A DNA stretch of 64,000 bases, from contig NC_087436.1 in the NCBI RefSeq assembly GCF_036321535.1, positions 117,802,001 through 117,866,000 of the forward strand, read 5' to 3'. The position numbers and the translations under genes are program-made. The stretch's first letter is position 1; every line of letters starts with the position of its first letter. This DNA comes from Camelus dromedarius (lineage: Eukaryota). Under the pieces are notes generated by a model that worked only from the letters and a program-made list of their open reading frames with translations, had not been told where the DNA came from and searched no databases. Below, in pieces: positions 23,962 to 36,200 of the stretch.

Positions 23962-24160
23962 CAGACGTTGGCAAACTTCTTCTGTCAGGGCCCAGTCAGT
24001 AAATACTTCAGGCTTTGCGGAACTTGCAGTCTCTGTCACAGCCTGCACAGGCAATACGGATAGTATGTGACCGAAAAGCTGTGACCGTGTGCCAATAAAA
24101 CTTCACTCGCAAGAGCAGACAGACTGGATGTGGCCCGAGGGCCAGAATTAGCTAGCCCTG
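23962..24160 (+). mobile_element. MER58A
   Basis: CAGACGTTGGCAAACTTCTTCTGTCAGGGCCCAG...CCAATAAAACTT...GGATGTGGCCCGAGGGCCAG...CCCTG. Confidence 0.8.
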
Positions 24161-24349
24161 GCTCTCGATGGTGTGTCCCCCTTCCTGAGCGGCTACCCCA
24201 CCGGGAACTTGCTCTCTGAGCAAGGAGGCCACCTGGAGGACTCCCCTTGGCACCCGGGAGGCCCAGCCTGGGCTACCGAGGCCTAACGGCATGCCAGACA
24301 GTTTCCCACACATCGACTCTTTTGGATCCCCGAGAGCGAGGTGGCACTG

Positions 24350-24750
24350 CCCTCTCCCATTCCACAGATGAGAGCAGTGAAATTCGGAGAGGGTACGTGG
24401 CTTCCCCCAGGCCATAAACTAGTATGGGCAGAGGTGGGATTCAAACCAGCAGCTCCAAGGCTCAAGTGCCCAGAAGGGCCAAAAAGTAGCAGTTTTGTAA
24501 TCGCGAGGCACTGAAGGTACACACTCCACTTCAGTCTCAGGGCAGCCTGCTGGGCGAATGCTGCCACTTGTTTCTCAGAGCTGCTCAGGTCCTCGCTCCC
24601 AGCTGTGTGGCCTTGGGTAAGTTACCAAACCTCTCTCATTCTCGCCCACAAAAGGACCATCAAGGGCCTTCCTGCAGGATTGTCACAAGGATTAAATAAA
24701 ACATGTGGGAAACTTCTTGGGAGACTAAGATGCTGAGTAAATGTTAGTTT
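24350..24750. mobile_element. Two MIRs (24350-24460 minus; 24590-24750 plus)
   Basis: CCCATTCCACAGATGAG...GGGATTCAAACC; AGCTGTGTGGCCTTGGGTAAGTTACCAAACCTCTC...GGATTAAATAA. Confidence 0.7.
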
Positions 24751-26049
24751 ATCTAATTTTCTTCAAGAGTCCAGGCAAATAACTTGACAGACTTCTTTTC
24801 TGAATTAAAAGTCTCTCTATTGGCTTCGCCTTTGCACAGTTCTTGATTTTGGCAGGAGTCCCTCTGCAGGTGGAGCTGAATGTGAATCTGATTATAGTTC
24901 CCCAGCCTTAGCTGGAAGTGGACGTGAGCTCTGCCGGCCCCGGCTGGCCCCAAAGGGAAGGGCTTTGAACCCATTTGAACAGACAGGCGGGTGCAGGGGG
25001 CAGCTCCCTGCCGGCCATTTAGACGAGGCTCCCGGCAGCATGGGGTTCTATTTAGGGAAGCCGTTTCCCCGTCTGGGCAGATGGCCTGCAGGAACGGGGG
25101 CTCGGCTGATCTGGTTTCAACTAATTCTATTAAACGAAAAGTTCTGTAGAGCAGATTCCTTCGAGAGCCTCTGTCCACATGGTGATTTAATCGAATAAAT
25201 TAAAACATCGTTGCTTGCTGTCCGCATTGCTGCTTTCTGCGGTGGCCTGGTGGGGAGGTGGCGGGGAGGAGGGGAAGTCCGGATTTGTAGGGGCTTTGGC
25301 TGGAGATGGGGGTGCCGGGAGCCCCAGGAGACAGAGGCAGGGCTCAGAGGGGATGACAGGGGCACAGCAGGAAGAGGGTCTTGGTGAATTGCGGGTTAGG
25401 GTGGCAGAGCTCACAGGGTGCCCTCAGACCATCCAGCCCACCCCCTCAGGGTGCAGATGGGGAAACTGAGTCTCAGAGAGGGGAAACGACTTGATTGAGG
25501 TCACCCAGTGAGGCTGGACGTAGGAGAGCTGAGAACTTGGAGGGATCTGAGCGAATCGGATGCCAGGAGCCCTCTGGCTCGCGAGCCATCGCTCTCTTGG
25601 GAATCTCAGGAGGCCAGTCTGGCATTGTCACACCCTGGGAAAATGGGGTTTGTGTTTTCCTTTTTACGCAGCCAAGGGCTTGGCTTTCTCCTCTGCGGCT
25701 CTGCCTTGGGCTATTTATGGGGGTCTGTCTCCACAGCAAGTCTGCCAGCGGCACTGAGTGGCTTTCAGACCTCTCTGTCGAGGACTAGAATCTTTCTGTC
25801 CAGAAATCTCACCATTTGTAAAGCAGAAAAGAGAGAGAGAGCTGAGCTGGTGGACCCCGAGCACTGCCTCACCTCGGCTGGCCCCCCGAGGGGTGAAGCA
25901 CAGTTGGAAACGACTATATTTGGAAGAATATACACTTGGGATTTGCTCAGTCCTCACAGTCATGTCGGGGTAACCAAATAAAGATAGTTTCCCTTAAATT
26001 CTCTGATTCCACAGAATTCCTGATAAAATAGTGATGCCTTTGATGTGCA

Positions 26050-26230
26050 TGCACTTTACAGTTTGCAAGTCACTTTTCACCCACTGTTTCATTTCTTTCC
26101 TTCCCTGGTTCTTCTGTGACAGTCAGGCCTGCATTAGGGTTGTCCCCGTTTCCTAGAAGAGGAAGCTGAGGCTGGAGCAGTGACCTGATTGGCTGACAAG
26201 CTATAAGGGGCGGAGCTCAGATTCCCACCT
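26050..26230 (-). mobile_element. MIR SINE
   Basis: GCACTTTACAGTTTGCAAGTCACTTTTCAC...CCCCGTTTCCTAGAAGAGGAAGCTGAGGCT. Confidence 0.65.
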
Positions 26231-27849
26231 GGTTGCGATCATCTGCACCCACTGTCCACAGCCAGGGACAGAAGCACCTTGTAAGCATGGGATGGATGCT
26301 AGGGTGCAGGGTGGGTACTGGACAGCACTGCAGATAGAAAAGACTTGGGTTTTAGTCCCTCTGACCACCCATGCCCGTCACTTATGCCTCAATCCTACAA
26401 AGTTTTCTGTGGGGTTAGTTGATAACTAGGCTGCTAGCCGTTGGGAAGGGCTTAGCAAGACTGGAGGTGGGGTTGCGCTGCCCTGACAGAAGGTCCCCGG
26501 TTCTCACCTGCAGCAGAAGTGCCCCCGCCCACAGGGGCCGAGGCCACTCGGGGAGGTGTGTTCGCTCAGGGTCTCCTGCCCACCCCTTTTGTTCTCCCGG
26601 TGGCCGTGAGAACGTGGGAGACGGTCTTCCCAGGGTTCCGGGACCTCTGCGCGAGCCTGCCTTTCTGAGCAGAGGGCCTGTGCCCTCCTCGGCCAGGGCT
26701 CTCACAGGGGCCAGCCGAGCGAAACGGGTGGAGTGGGCCTGCTTCCACCCTCAGACCCCAAAGGGCGCTTTGATCTTATTGTCATGAAAGGCCCAGCGGG
26801 ACAGCACCCATCTGCTCACCCTGTACCAGATTTCAGACCTACAGTCAACAAACCTCTCCTCTTTCTACTAAGAAGGGTGTTCTTATTTTACGTTTAATAT
26901 GGACCAAGGGCATTCTATGAGGTGCCACGTGTGTGCAGAGGGATCCCAGTGTAAGCCCACAGAGCATCCATTGCTGATGGGCAAACCTCCCTGGGTGGGT
27001 CTGGCTCGTGGTGGAGAAGGTCCCGAGGTCGGTCTCTGGGCAACTGCAGAGCCTGCTGACAAAGAATATATTCTAGGATCTGTTATTTGCTTAGGCATGT
27101 ATGGTAGTTGGAAGAAAATTACCTAGTGACAAAGCCTGGGTCTCTAGAAGTGAGAGACCCAGGTCAGCAGCCTCACCCAAATCCATCCCCTGAGCAGACC
27201 CACATGTGGTTCAAGAGAAGACGGCATTGCTTGGCCTTGTGCCCACCGTCTGGGGCAGCGCTGAGGGCGACTCTCTAACAGCACAGCCCTCAGCAGAGCG
27301 AGGACGTCATTCCCCAGCTCCAGACCTTACCACGGAGCATCGTCTGTGTGGGCAGCCTGAGACCCCAGGGCTTTGCTGGCAACATTTGCTGGGTGAGGTG
27401 GAAGCACCCTGTGGACACACGTCAAACAGATGTGAGGGAAGAGCTTTAGCAGAGTCTGGAGGAAAAGGACTTGCTCCTGAGACGTCCTGCAAGGTTCTCA
27501 AAAGTGCCAGGGTCCCTTTCGAGGCCACTGGGGCCAGAATCTCAGCAGACTGCTTGAGCCAAAGCAGGGTGGGGAACTAGTGACATGGGAGGGTTGGTGC
27601 TGGTGAGAGTCCCCTCCCTCAGTGTCAGACCTTGGAGAAGCCATGTCTCCAGATCTTGGGATTTGGGGGAAATCTGGTTTGTACAGGGGTATGATTGCTA
27701 ATCTTTGCAACCACCCTGCAAAATTACAGACAAGGAACCTGAACACATTCATTCTGGGGAAGCAAGTCATTGGGATGTCTTTATCCCCCCTGTTAGCCCA
27801 CTATTCAGGCTTGCACAGAGAAGCAGCAGAAGGCAGGAATGGCATGCAT

Positions 27850-28000
27850 GGAATTTCGAGCCAGAAAAATCTGGGATTGAATCTTGGCCTTTCCCTTGTT
27901 ACGCGGGGCCTGGAGCAAGTTCCTGGACCTCTCCGAGCTCTGTAGCCTCCTCTGTAACACAGTGGTGCTAATCTCGAAGATCGTTCTGTGAGTGAACGAC
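27850..28000 (+). mobile_element. MIR SINE
   Basis: GAGCCAGAAAAATCTGGGATTGAATCTTGGCC...GCAAGTTCCTGGACCTCTCCGAGC. Confidence 0.6.
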
Positions 28001-30129
28001 CAACACAGACAGTCAGCTGGGCCCACGGAGGACAGGAGGCAGTTCTCTTACACTTGTAAGCACAGGGCTGGATTTGGCTGTTGGGGACGACCCTTGGAGT
28101 TCCTACTCTTTCTTGCATAACACATATGCCCCAGTCAGCAGATCTGGACAGATCATCACTCAGAAAAGCACATGTGTCCTTTGTCGCTAGAAAGGCTCAG
28201 TTCACATCTCTCTGCTGAGCCAAAGCAGGTGGTATTTACACTCTTGGCTCAGACTCTGAGAACACAGAAAAGCGATTAGGTTCCTGTTGATTTCATCAAA
28301 TCCATCATATCTCTAATGATCCCCAGACCGTCCACACTTAACCAGTGAGATCCTGACCACGTCCAGGCCCCTGGGGCGACGGGACTGGGGAAGCTGGCAC
28401 CTTCGATGGTGGCCCTCAAGCCAGCGGGGCTGCCGAGATGAATCCTGTCTCCACCAGAAGCAAGGATGCGTCCTCAATCCTGGCCTCACGTTCTCCATCT
28501 GGACCCGTTGGTCGCTTTCTGGGGAACTGAGTCCCGGCAGCGGTAATTCTCACAGGCCGTCACTGTGGTGTATTTATGGAGTGCCGCCGTGCTGCTACGC
28601 TAGCGCGAATGGAGTCAGGACTTTGCCCTGGGACGCCATACTTCTCAGACTCCCCTTTCAGAGTTTGCCTGCCTTGTGCGCAGCCTGCATCCAAAACGGG
28701 CTTCTAGGTCCCCACTCCCGAGACAGCCTTAAAAGAGTTGCACTGGCTGGTCTGTGGCCCCACGACGGCTGTCGAAGCCTTCAGGGCCTCCCCTGAGCTT
28801 CCCTGAAAGGAGGGAGATTGGTTTAGCAGGAAACGACCCAGTCGCCCAGCTCTGCCACTTTAAAAAGTTCTGCTTCATGGTCAAAAATCTTTGCCTTCTG
28901 TCAAATTTCAAGCACTAAATTCACTCAACATACTTTTGGAGACTCGTGTTTTATCCGTTTTTAATTAGCTCATTTTGAAGCTTTCATACTTGGCCCCCCA
29001 AATATTTTATTGGCATTTCACGGCCATTGTTTTCCTTGGGAAGGCCGCCGATTCCGCAGAGGGGGGTCACCAAGCAACACGGCTTGGCATTTGGACCCGC
29101 TTTTGTTCCCCTCTTCCCGCCAGCCTCTCTGGGGCTCTTGCGTTTACTGTTAAAATATTACAGAGGCCCACATCCGAGCGGCCGTAATCCCTGGTGCTAG
29201 ACTGTCTCTAATTGATTTAATTATTCATAATTGCTCAGCTGGGTTTGCGCATACCTGCGCGTGATTATGGTGAGCGGGCGGGTCTGGGGCCAGTGTGTGT
29301 GTCTTCCTGATGAATAGGCAGGTCTCGGAGTCACTGGGGGCCTGACTCAGCCTGTGGACATTTGAACGACGCCCTCAGAAAGTGGGGGTGGAGCCCTGGA
29401 GAGAGTTGGCTTTAGACCAGTGCCACCCTAGAATGTTTGCTTAAAATGTTTGAGGATTTAGAATGTTTGGTGCCCATGGAATTTCAAAACAAAAGACAGA
29501 AACATCGGCGAGGTTGGCGGGTGTGGGGCGAGTGGCCGGAGAAGTTAGGTTGAAAAGAAAGTGGAGAAGCAAGACAGGCTGTCAGTGTAAACAGACAAAC
29601 ATCAACTTGACCCACAGCCCATCCCTCCCAGGGCCCTGTGTGCCCCCAAATGTCTGCAGAATCCCTAATCCAGTCCTACAATGGGTCTGAGACACTTTGG
29701 AAAAAAATAAACCTGCCAATATCTGGGGGACTGCGAGGGAGGCAGAGTGGATGCAGGAGCAAATTCCATCACAGGGAGATGTCATCAGCCTCGGGTTTCT
29801 CTAATTGTCCCCATACCAGTCTTCTTAATTAATTCAAGACGAGGAAATGATACGAGGCTTGTCTGCTTCATGGGGCGGCTTCCTGGTGACTAATATTTGA
29901 AGCAATAAAAGGAACCGGAGCATTCCTGCTTCCTGATGGTCCCCAGTCATCCTTGGCCTCGACCCAGCTCAAACCAGCCACAGCCTCCTCCGGCTCACGT
30001 CTGTCGGAAAAATAACTCGGACTGGCTCTGTGATGTTTATGGCCGTCTGGTCGTTTATGAAGTTCTCCTGCATCCTTTTCTTTGGGCCTTGGGTCAGGCC
30101 AGGAAACACCGTGAGATTTGGCAGCACAG

Positions 30130-30240
30130 GGATGGTTAGTCCCATTTTACAGAGAAGGAAACTGAGGTTCTTGGGGGTAAAATGAACCAGCTGAGTCACA
30201 CTGCTGAGAATAGCAGTGAGGACGCACACCCAGGCCGGGG
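30130..30240 (-). mobile_element. MIR SINE
   Basis: CCCATTTTACAGAGAAGGAAACTGAGGTT. Confidence 0.75.
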
Positions 30241-31669
30241 GACACTTTCCCTCACTCACACCTCCCTCCAGCTCACCAGAACATCTCATTCTGGGTTCTG
30301 TGCTCCCGGGTGACGACTGTGGCCTATGGAGCAGGTAAACCGTGGAGACTAGGATCAGACCCGCCAAAACCAGAGGCAGGGAGAGAGGGAGTTTCCAGGT
30401 CACAAAGTGCTTTCATACTGACTTTCTCCTGGACTTTTAAACAGCCTTACAAGGCAAGAATTTTCCTAAATCAGAGCTCCATAAATGCATGTGGTGTGAG
30501 AAAATGAGCCCCAGGGTGACAGCTGGGGAAACTGAGATTGGGAGAATCTGGAATTGTCAAGAGGGATCTCGGAACCTGGTCCTCTGGCGCTACCCGTCCG
30601 CCCCGCCAGGGCCTGGGCCGGCAGCGGTTTAATCTGAGCTAAATCCTAAAATAGTCCCCAGGACGACGAGCAGATCCCAGCTCTAATTTTCCCTCCGGGT
30701 GCCTCATAGGATCTTTTCTAACCAAAACACAGAAATGGTTTTTACGATCCAACCAACCACACGGCTCCGTGAACCTCCAGAGAGAAGGACGGGCAGTGGT
30801 GGCCTCTGCCAACTGAAGTGTATTATCAGAAGGATGTAATTACAAGTATTTATGTACGCTGATTCTGAACCAGAGGTTCCCGAGATGGCGTTGGAGCCAC
30901 AGAAAAAAAAAAAAAAAAGGGAAGAAAAAAAAAGAATGAAAGAAAGAAAAAAAAAGAAAAGAAGAGGGGGAGGAAAAAGGCTTCAAAACTCCTGACAATA
31001 AGCAATTCTTCATGGAACAAAACTATTACAATAGCCGGCCTTTGATCTTGCCCAGCTCCTGTTGCCAATTGTATTTTGTCACCATTGGGCTGTCACCAGC
31101 GAGGGAGCACTTTTGAATTAAGCAGTCTACAGCAATTTAGTGTGCACTGGCTTTGAAGTGCCAACATCAGTCAGGCCAGGACTAACTTTTTTCATTAAAA
31201 ATTTTTCAACTTCTCTAAGGGGGCTTTTTGCCTTTTTTTTTTTTTTTTTTAAGCCCGCCGGGGCACTGAGATAACTTGAGCCTCCAACCCGTGGCCCCAA
31301 GACATCAAAAGGCACTTGGGCCAGTAATGCTCGAGGCGGCCATCATTAAGCCCTAATGGAGTGCTTCATTAAGGTCCCTTCAAAGGCCCCCGTTTACAGA
31401 CTCGGAGATTGACTAATTTACACATTGTGGGAAAATTGCTACCAGCTCTGCCCACACCCGGCAGGGGGAGAGACGCCCTCTCTCTTTGAAAGCTGGGAAC
31501 TGCAGACAGGCCCTCTGAAGGCCGGCTGGCCTTTTCAAGGGAAAACCCAGGCAGGGGCCCTAACTTTTGGAGCTGGCTGAAGTGTCTGTACCCCCACTGC
31601 CCTCCCCCCAGTCCCCGATCCAGGGGTGATGTTTGTCTGTCCAGGGGCAGCATGGACAGACACAAGCGT

Positions 31670-31800
31670 GTGACTTTGGAGCCGGAAGCTCCTAAATACA
31701 CTTGTGTTGGGATTCCAGCTCTGCCCCTACCAGCTGGGAGAAAGCAAACGACTTATCTTTTCTGGGCCTCAGTTTCTCTGAACTGAAAATGGGCTTGAGC
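31670..31800 (+). mobile_element. MIR SINE
   Basis: CTTTGGAGCC...CCAGCTCTGCCCCTACCAGCTG...GGGCCTCAGTTTCTCTGAACTGAAAATGGG. Confidence 0.7.
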
Positions 31801-32386
31801 CACTCATCACTGGAACCAAGGGCAAGCGGTAAAGATCGGGGGAGGGACCCAATGCACCTTGGCTCTTCTCACCTTAGCATAAGCATAAAAGAGAACCGAC
31901 AGGTATCCGGAAGCAGCGGCCACCTAATCGCAGGCTCCCTCTGTGGGATTATTGGTCCCTGTGAAGGCGCCAGCACACCGATGCAGACGGCAGCATTTGC
32001 TGCCCTGAGTCAGACCCATCGCCTGTTTTGAGAACCCCGTGGCCTGGCCCCGAGGCTAGCACACAACGGTATCACTTTGGGTACTTTCTCCTTTGTCATC
32101 AGAGCGACTTGGGAAGGACACCGTGAAGCCTGCTCGCTCTGGGATACTCTCACATGGATGTGCGCCTACTGTCTGAATACAGCTCTTGGCCGGTGGAGGA
32201 AGGTGGGTCATCCGAGGCGTGGTGGGGGGGGTCGCCCCTCAGCCTGGCTCTGCCTCTGGTGTGCTGGGTAACACCGGCCACGGTGCCTGCCCTGTCTGGT
32301 CAGTGGAGACTTCCTCGAGGCTGAGAGGGGAAGCACTGGATGTGCCCAGAGCCTCCTTCCAGCCTGATGCACTGGGGTCCTCCCAC

Positions 32387-32560
32387 CAGTGCTATTTACA
32401 GTGTGGTCCAGGGACCAGGGGCCTCAGCCTCACTGGGACCTCATGAGAAATGCAGGTTCTGGGGCCATCCTGACCTCTGGGATGGGACTCTGCCACCCAC
32501 CTGGGATTCAGCCCCTTCAGGTCAGCTTCCTGTCGCTTTTGCTCTCCGGGGTCACCTAGG
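32387..32560. mobile_element. MER5A-like hAT fragment
   Basis: CAGTGCTATTTACAGTGTGGTCCAGGGACCAG...CAGCCTCACTGGGA...AGAAATGCAGGTTCTGGGGCC. Confidence 0.65.
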
Positions 32561-33649
32561 AACCTCAACAAGTGAAGAAAAGTTAGCACCATTCACTGAG
32601 CACCTACTGTGTGCCTGACATCCTGTATCACACATGGTAAGTAACCGAGGTTGTTAGCAATTTGGTCTTTCAGTTGAGTCGGCTGAGCAAACGGTCAGGT
32701 GACTTGCCCAAGATCACACAGGCTTCCCGCCAGGAGCTCCTGCACCACACCCACTCCAAGCTGCATAGAGGAAGCCCCCCGGGGGGCAACCCCACTCAGG
32801 GAGAGACCCCTGCAGGCTGGTTAGGATGGGACCCAGGGGTCCAGTGAGCCCATGAGTCCTGTGGGACGGTCACCTTGCTCTCCACTTTCTATTTGCTCAT
32901 CTTCCTAATTATAGAAAATAAATTCTACAGCCACTTACTCTCTGCAACCTTTCACCTGAAAAACTGCGACTCCCACCCTCTCCGTTCCCAACCTCTCAGG
33001 GAAGCCACGGGCCGAGCATCGCAGCAAACCACTTAGCAAACCGCAAATTTCAGAGGCCTCGTCACATCTGCGTTTTATCAGCTTTTTCCGGATAGTATTA
33101 CCCCGAGCAATTGTCTGCAGGTCGGCCGACAGCTGAGACGTTCAAGCGCTGAATTAGGGAGAAAGGGGCCGGAGATAAAGCCGAGCACATGCATCCCATC
33201 AAAGTAATGAAAGCCTCCTGCCGCCGGCCGCCCGCTGCCTCCTTCCAGCCTCCCAGCCGCCCAGCAGGAAGGCTGATTAACCCTTGCGGGGAAGAAAAGA
33301 AGAGCAGGGGTCATCCAATACCCGGGCTAATCAGGGCCCCAGAGCAGGGGTGGGGGCGGGCAGGAAGGAACAGCCGGTGCAGAGGGCCACTCTGGCCTCA
33401 GGATCAGCCCTGCTCCATTTCCTGTGGCAGGACAGAGCTTGGGGGGCAGGGGTGGTAAGTGCAGCTTCTAACACACCCAGGAGGGAGGCTGGAGGCAACT
33501 GCCAGAGCAGCGTAAGTGAAGAACTCAGTGCCCACAAGGTCCCAGGGACACTGGCTGGGTAGCAGGCGGTCCCGAGGAGTGAGGACAAGCAGCTTCCTGC
33601 GCGGGGGCCTCGCCTTGCTGCAGATGCAGTGTTTGTAAGGGCTGCTGAC

Positions 33650-33830
33650 TACTGTTTACTGAGCACCTACTATGGCCCCGCGCTGGGGGTGCCGCCTCTC
33701 CAGGACTCACCACCCCCAAGTCTGCCAGAGGAGGAAGCTGTTGTTTGCCCCCAGTGCACATGTGGAGACAGAGGCTCAGGGGTGTCACCTGCCCCAGTCC
33801 AGACAGCTAGAAAGTGGCCAAACAGTGCTT
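33650..33830 (-). mobile_element. MIR SINE
   Basis: TTTACTGAGCACCTACTATG...CCCCAGTGCACATGTGGAGACAGAGGCTCAG...CAGCTAGAAAGTGGC. Confidence 0.65.
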
Positions 33831-34229
33831 GGAACAAGAAATGCGGGCCCTGCTTTGGGACCTCAGATGGTCACCTTTGTTCTTCTTGCTTCTTGCCCAA
33901 CTCCATGACGTCAGACACCTGGAGCCCCTACCTGGACCGCTACAAGTGTTTCCTCGTGGGGGGTGGGCGCCAGGGTGTCCCCAGTTTCCCTTTCCCCGTG
34001 GCCACGTGGGCATCTGTGTCCTGCCCCTCCAGAGCCCTATGTGATGGCTGCCCGGCATCCTACACCCACCCCCAGGATGGAGGCCCAGGGACCCAGGCCG
34101 GCCTGTCCCACTCACTGTGCACGAGGGAGCGCAGCTCTCCAGACACTCCCGCCAGCATCAGCCGGACCGCTCAGCAACGGGCCTCTCTTGCATAATGAGG
34201 CTAAAGCTGGGCCTCACTTTGAACATCAC

Positions 34230-34705
34230 TGTGTCTCTTTTCACTGAGTTTGAACATCTCTTAGTAGGCATTTAATAATGCCACCTTCTGCTCCACCTTT
34301 GTGGGGTTTTTTTTTTCCTTTCAGAACTTTTGTCCTTTTCTTCTTGTTCTGAGAGTTCCTGTATGTTCTGAATTGTGGCAACTTGGCAGTCGGGGTCCTA
34401 GCCATGTGCTCCGTCTGCTGCCTCCTCCTGCGCCCTCCTTTATGCACAGGAATCCTTAATTTGGATGCAGGTAGATCCGTCATTTTTTTTCTCCCCTCTG
34501 TCTTGCACTTTTAGGGTCTTTTGGAATAGAATCATTCTTTCCTTGGGCACACAGACACATCCTCAGGCTTTCTTTGGCTTTGTTATTGTAATGTTCACAT
34601 CTAAGGCTTGAGTCCATCTGGAGCCCACCTTTTGAAAGACATAAGGGAGAGATGGTCGATTTTTATCCAAGTAAGACAACTTTGCCACAGCGCATCGTTG
34701 GCGGC
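34230..34705 (-). mobile_element. Old L1M ORF2-region fragment
   Basis: GAGTTTGAACATCT...GAGTTCCTGTATGTTCTG...CCTTAATTTGGATG...GTCCATCTGGAG...CAACTTTGCCACAGCGCATCGTTG. Confidence 0.6.
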
Positions 34706-35306
34706 ATCAGGCCTTGGTTTCTCAACTTGCTGTGCGGCACTGCCCTGCGCCCCAAGTTCTCCATCAAAACCTTGGGAAGGGGGCATCACCCAGAGTTTCA
34801 CCCTCAGCTCCGTCCTGTCCCCAGTCCCACCGCCCGAAGCTGCTGGGTAGGTTTGCGCATCTTCTCTCTGTTTCGTGTCAAACCACAGTGAACACACAGT
34901 AAGGAGGCCAAGATGACAGCGCGTGTCCCTGGGACGTACACTTTCTAAGGGGATGCTCTCGGCACGTGGCCCCCAGCAGCTCCATGGAGGACAAAGCGTG
35001 CTTTTCACGGCAGTGATGGGGATTTGCCCCATGTTGAGTCTCAGGCTGGGTTTTGAAGTCAGGACTCCTCCCACCCCACTTTGCTGCAGCGTTCCAGCCA
35101 GCATGTGGATCTCCAAGGATCTTTGTGGATGGTGATCTCTCTGCTGCCAGTGCCTTCCCTTCCCCCTGCCCTTCCTGTCTGATCAGCTCTCTCTGCCCTC
35201 AAGAAGAGGCTTATTCGTTCACCCATCCACACAGCAATTTTAAAAAATAGATGTGCTGTATCCACCAGGGTTCTTTGTTTTGTTTTCTCTTGTTTTTGGT
35301 ATACAT

Positions 35307-35415
35307 AAAAATTATGGAATGCTTCACGAATTTACATGTCATCCTTGCTCAGGGGCCATGCTAATCTTCTCTGTATCCTTCCAGTTTTTAATATATGTGC
35401 TGTTGAAGTGAGCAC
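35307..35415 (-). pseudogene. RNU6: Full-length retroposed U6 snRNA pseudogene
   Basis: Reverse complement reads GTGCTCACTTCAACAGCACATATATT...GGATACAGAGAAGATTAGCATGGCCCCTG...TTCGTGAAGCATTCCATAATTTTT, which is U6 with about 10 substitutions and 2 insertions. A-rich tail at 35278-35298; perfect 16-bp TSD CCACCAGGGTTCTTTG at 35262-35277 and 35416-35431; no PSE/TATA upstream. Confidence 0.97.
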
Positions 35416-35760
35416 CCACCAGGGTTCTTTGGAGGCAAGCTACAGAAATGGACTCCGGCAAATTTTTAGAAAACAAAAAATGTTTATTTCCAAGATTTGG
35501 GGTAGTTCGCAGAAGTCAGTCAAGAGACACTGAACCACTGGGCCTCAGAAAGACAGGAACTGAGGAAACTGTGCTTCTACGTACAAGGAAGTCAGGAGAA
35601 GTCAGAACAACTTGGTGTCAGCCAATCTGGCCTTGAGTCATTCTATCCTGAAATCCTCAGGAGAGAATACCTGGTTGGCCCAACCTGGGTCACTTGCTCA
35701 GCTCATGGCCAGATTGGATCAGGTGCCTTGATTGCCTGTCCACCAAGACATGAAATAGGG
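35416..35760 (-). mobile_element. MLT1J-like LTR whose terminus was hit by the U6 insertion
   Basis: CAGGGTTCTTTGGAGGCAAGCTACAGAAA...TGGTTGGCCCAACCTGGGTCACTTGCTCA...CCTTGATTG. Confidence 0.6.
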
Positions 35761-35829
35761 TAGGTTGGGTCCCAGAGGAAAATTTGGTGCAGACACTGCC
35801 ATCCCCTGTGGGCACTTTATCCCAGACAT

Positions 35830-36200
35830 AGCTTTGAGGGGTGCTAGAGACCCCAAGATGAACCCACAGTTCCTGCTTAAAGAACTCACAGCCCAGTGGA
35901 GGAGGCTGCTGAAATAGAAAGTGCTCAGTACAAGATAAAGAGTGCCATGACAGAGAAGGGGTTCCTAGATCCAGGCGGGGCATCAGAGAGGGCTTCCTGG
36001 AGGCAGTGTGCTGAACTGAACCTCACAGATCTGGAGAAGCAGGCTGGATAAAGCAGGTGGGGAAGGGTGTTCTGGGCAGAGCATGCCTATAACCTGAGCA
36101 AAAGCAGGGACAGTGAGAAATAGACAAGTGGTTGAAACAGAAACACAGGGGCCTAGAGTGCTCCACGTGGCCACAGAGATTTCTGGGACCTGCTTGGGGC
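35830..36200 (-). mobile_element. L2 fragment
   Basis: GATGAACCCACAGTTCCTGCTTAAAGAACTCACAG...TCAGAGAGGGCTTCCTGGAGG...TTCTGGGCAGAG. Confidence 0.75.

Noticed and set aside
35235..35258. Flank CAATTTTAAAAAATAGATGTGCTG resembles part of U6 (CAATTTTAGTATATGTGCTG, antisense)
   Set aside because: Short, gapped, AT-rich match on the side not expected to help 5' junction formation; probably chance
35307..35415. Functional U6 snRNA gene
   Set aside because: About 10% divergence, poly(A) tail, TSD and no upstream PSE/TATA indicate a processed pseudogene
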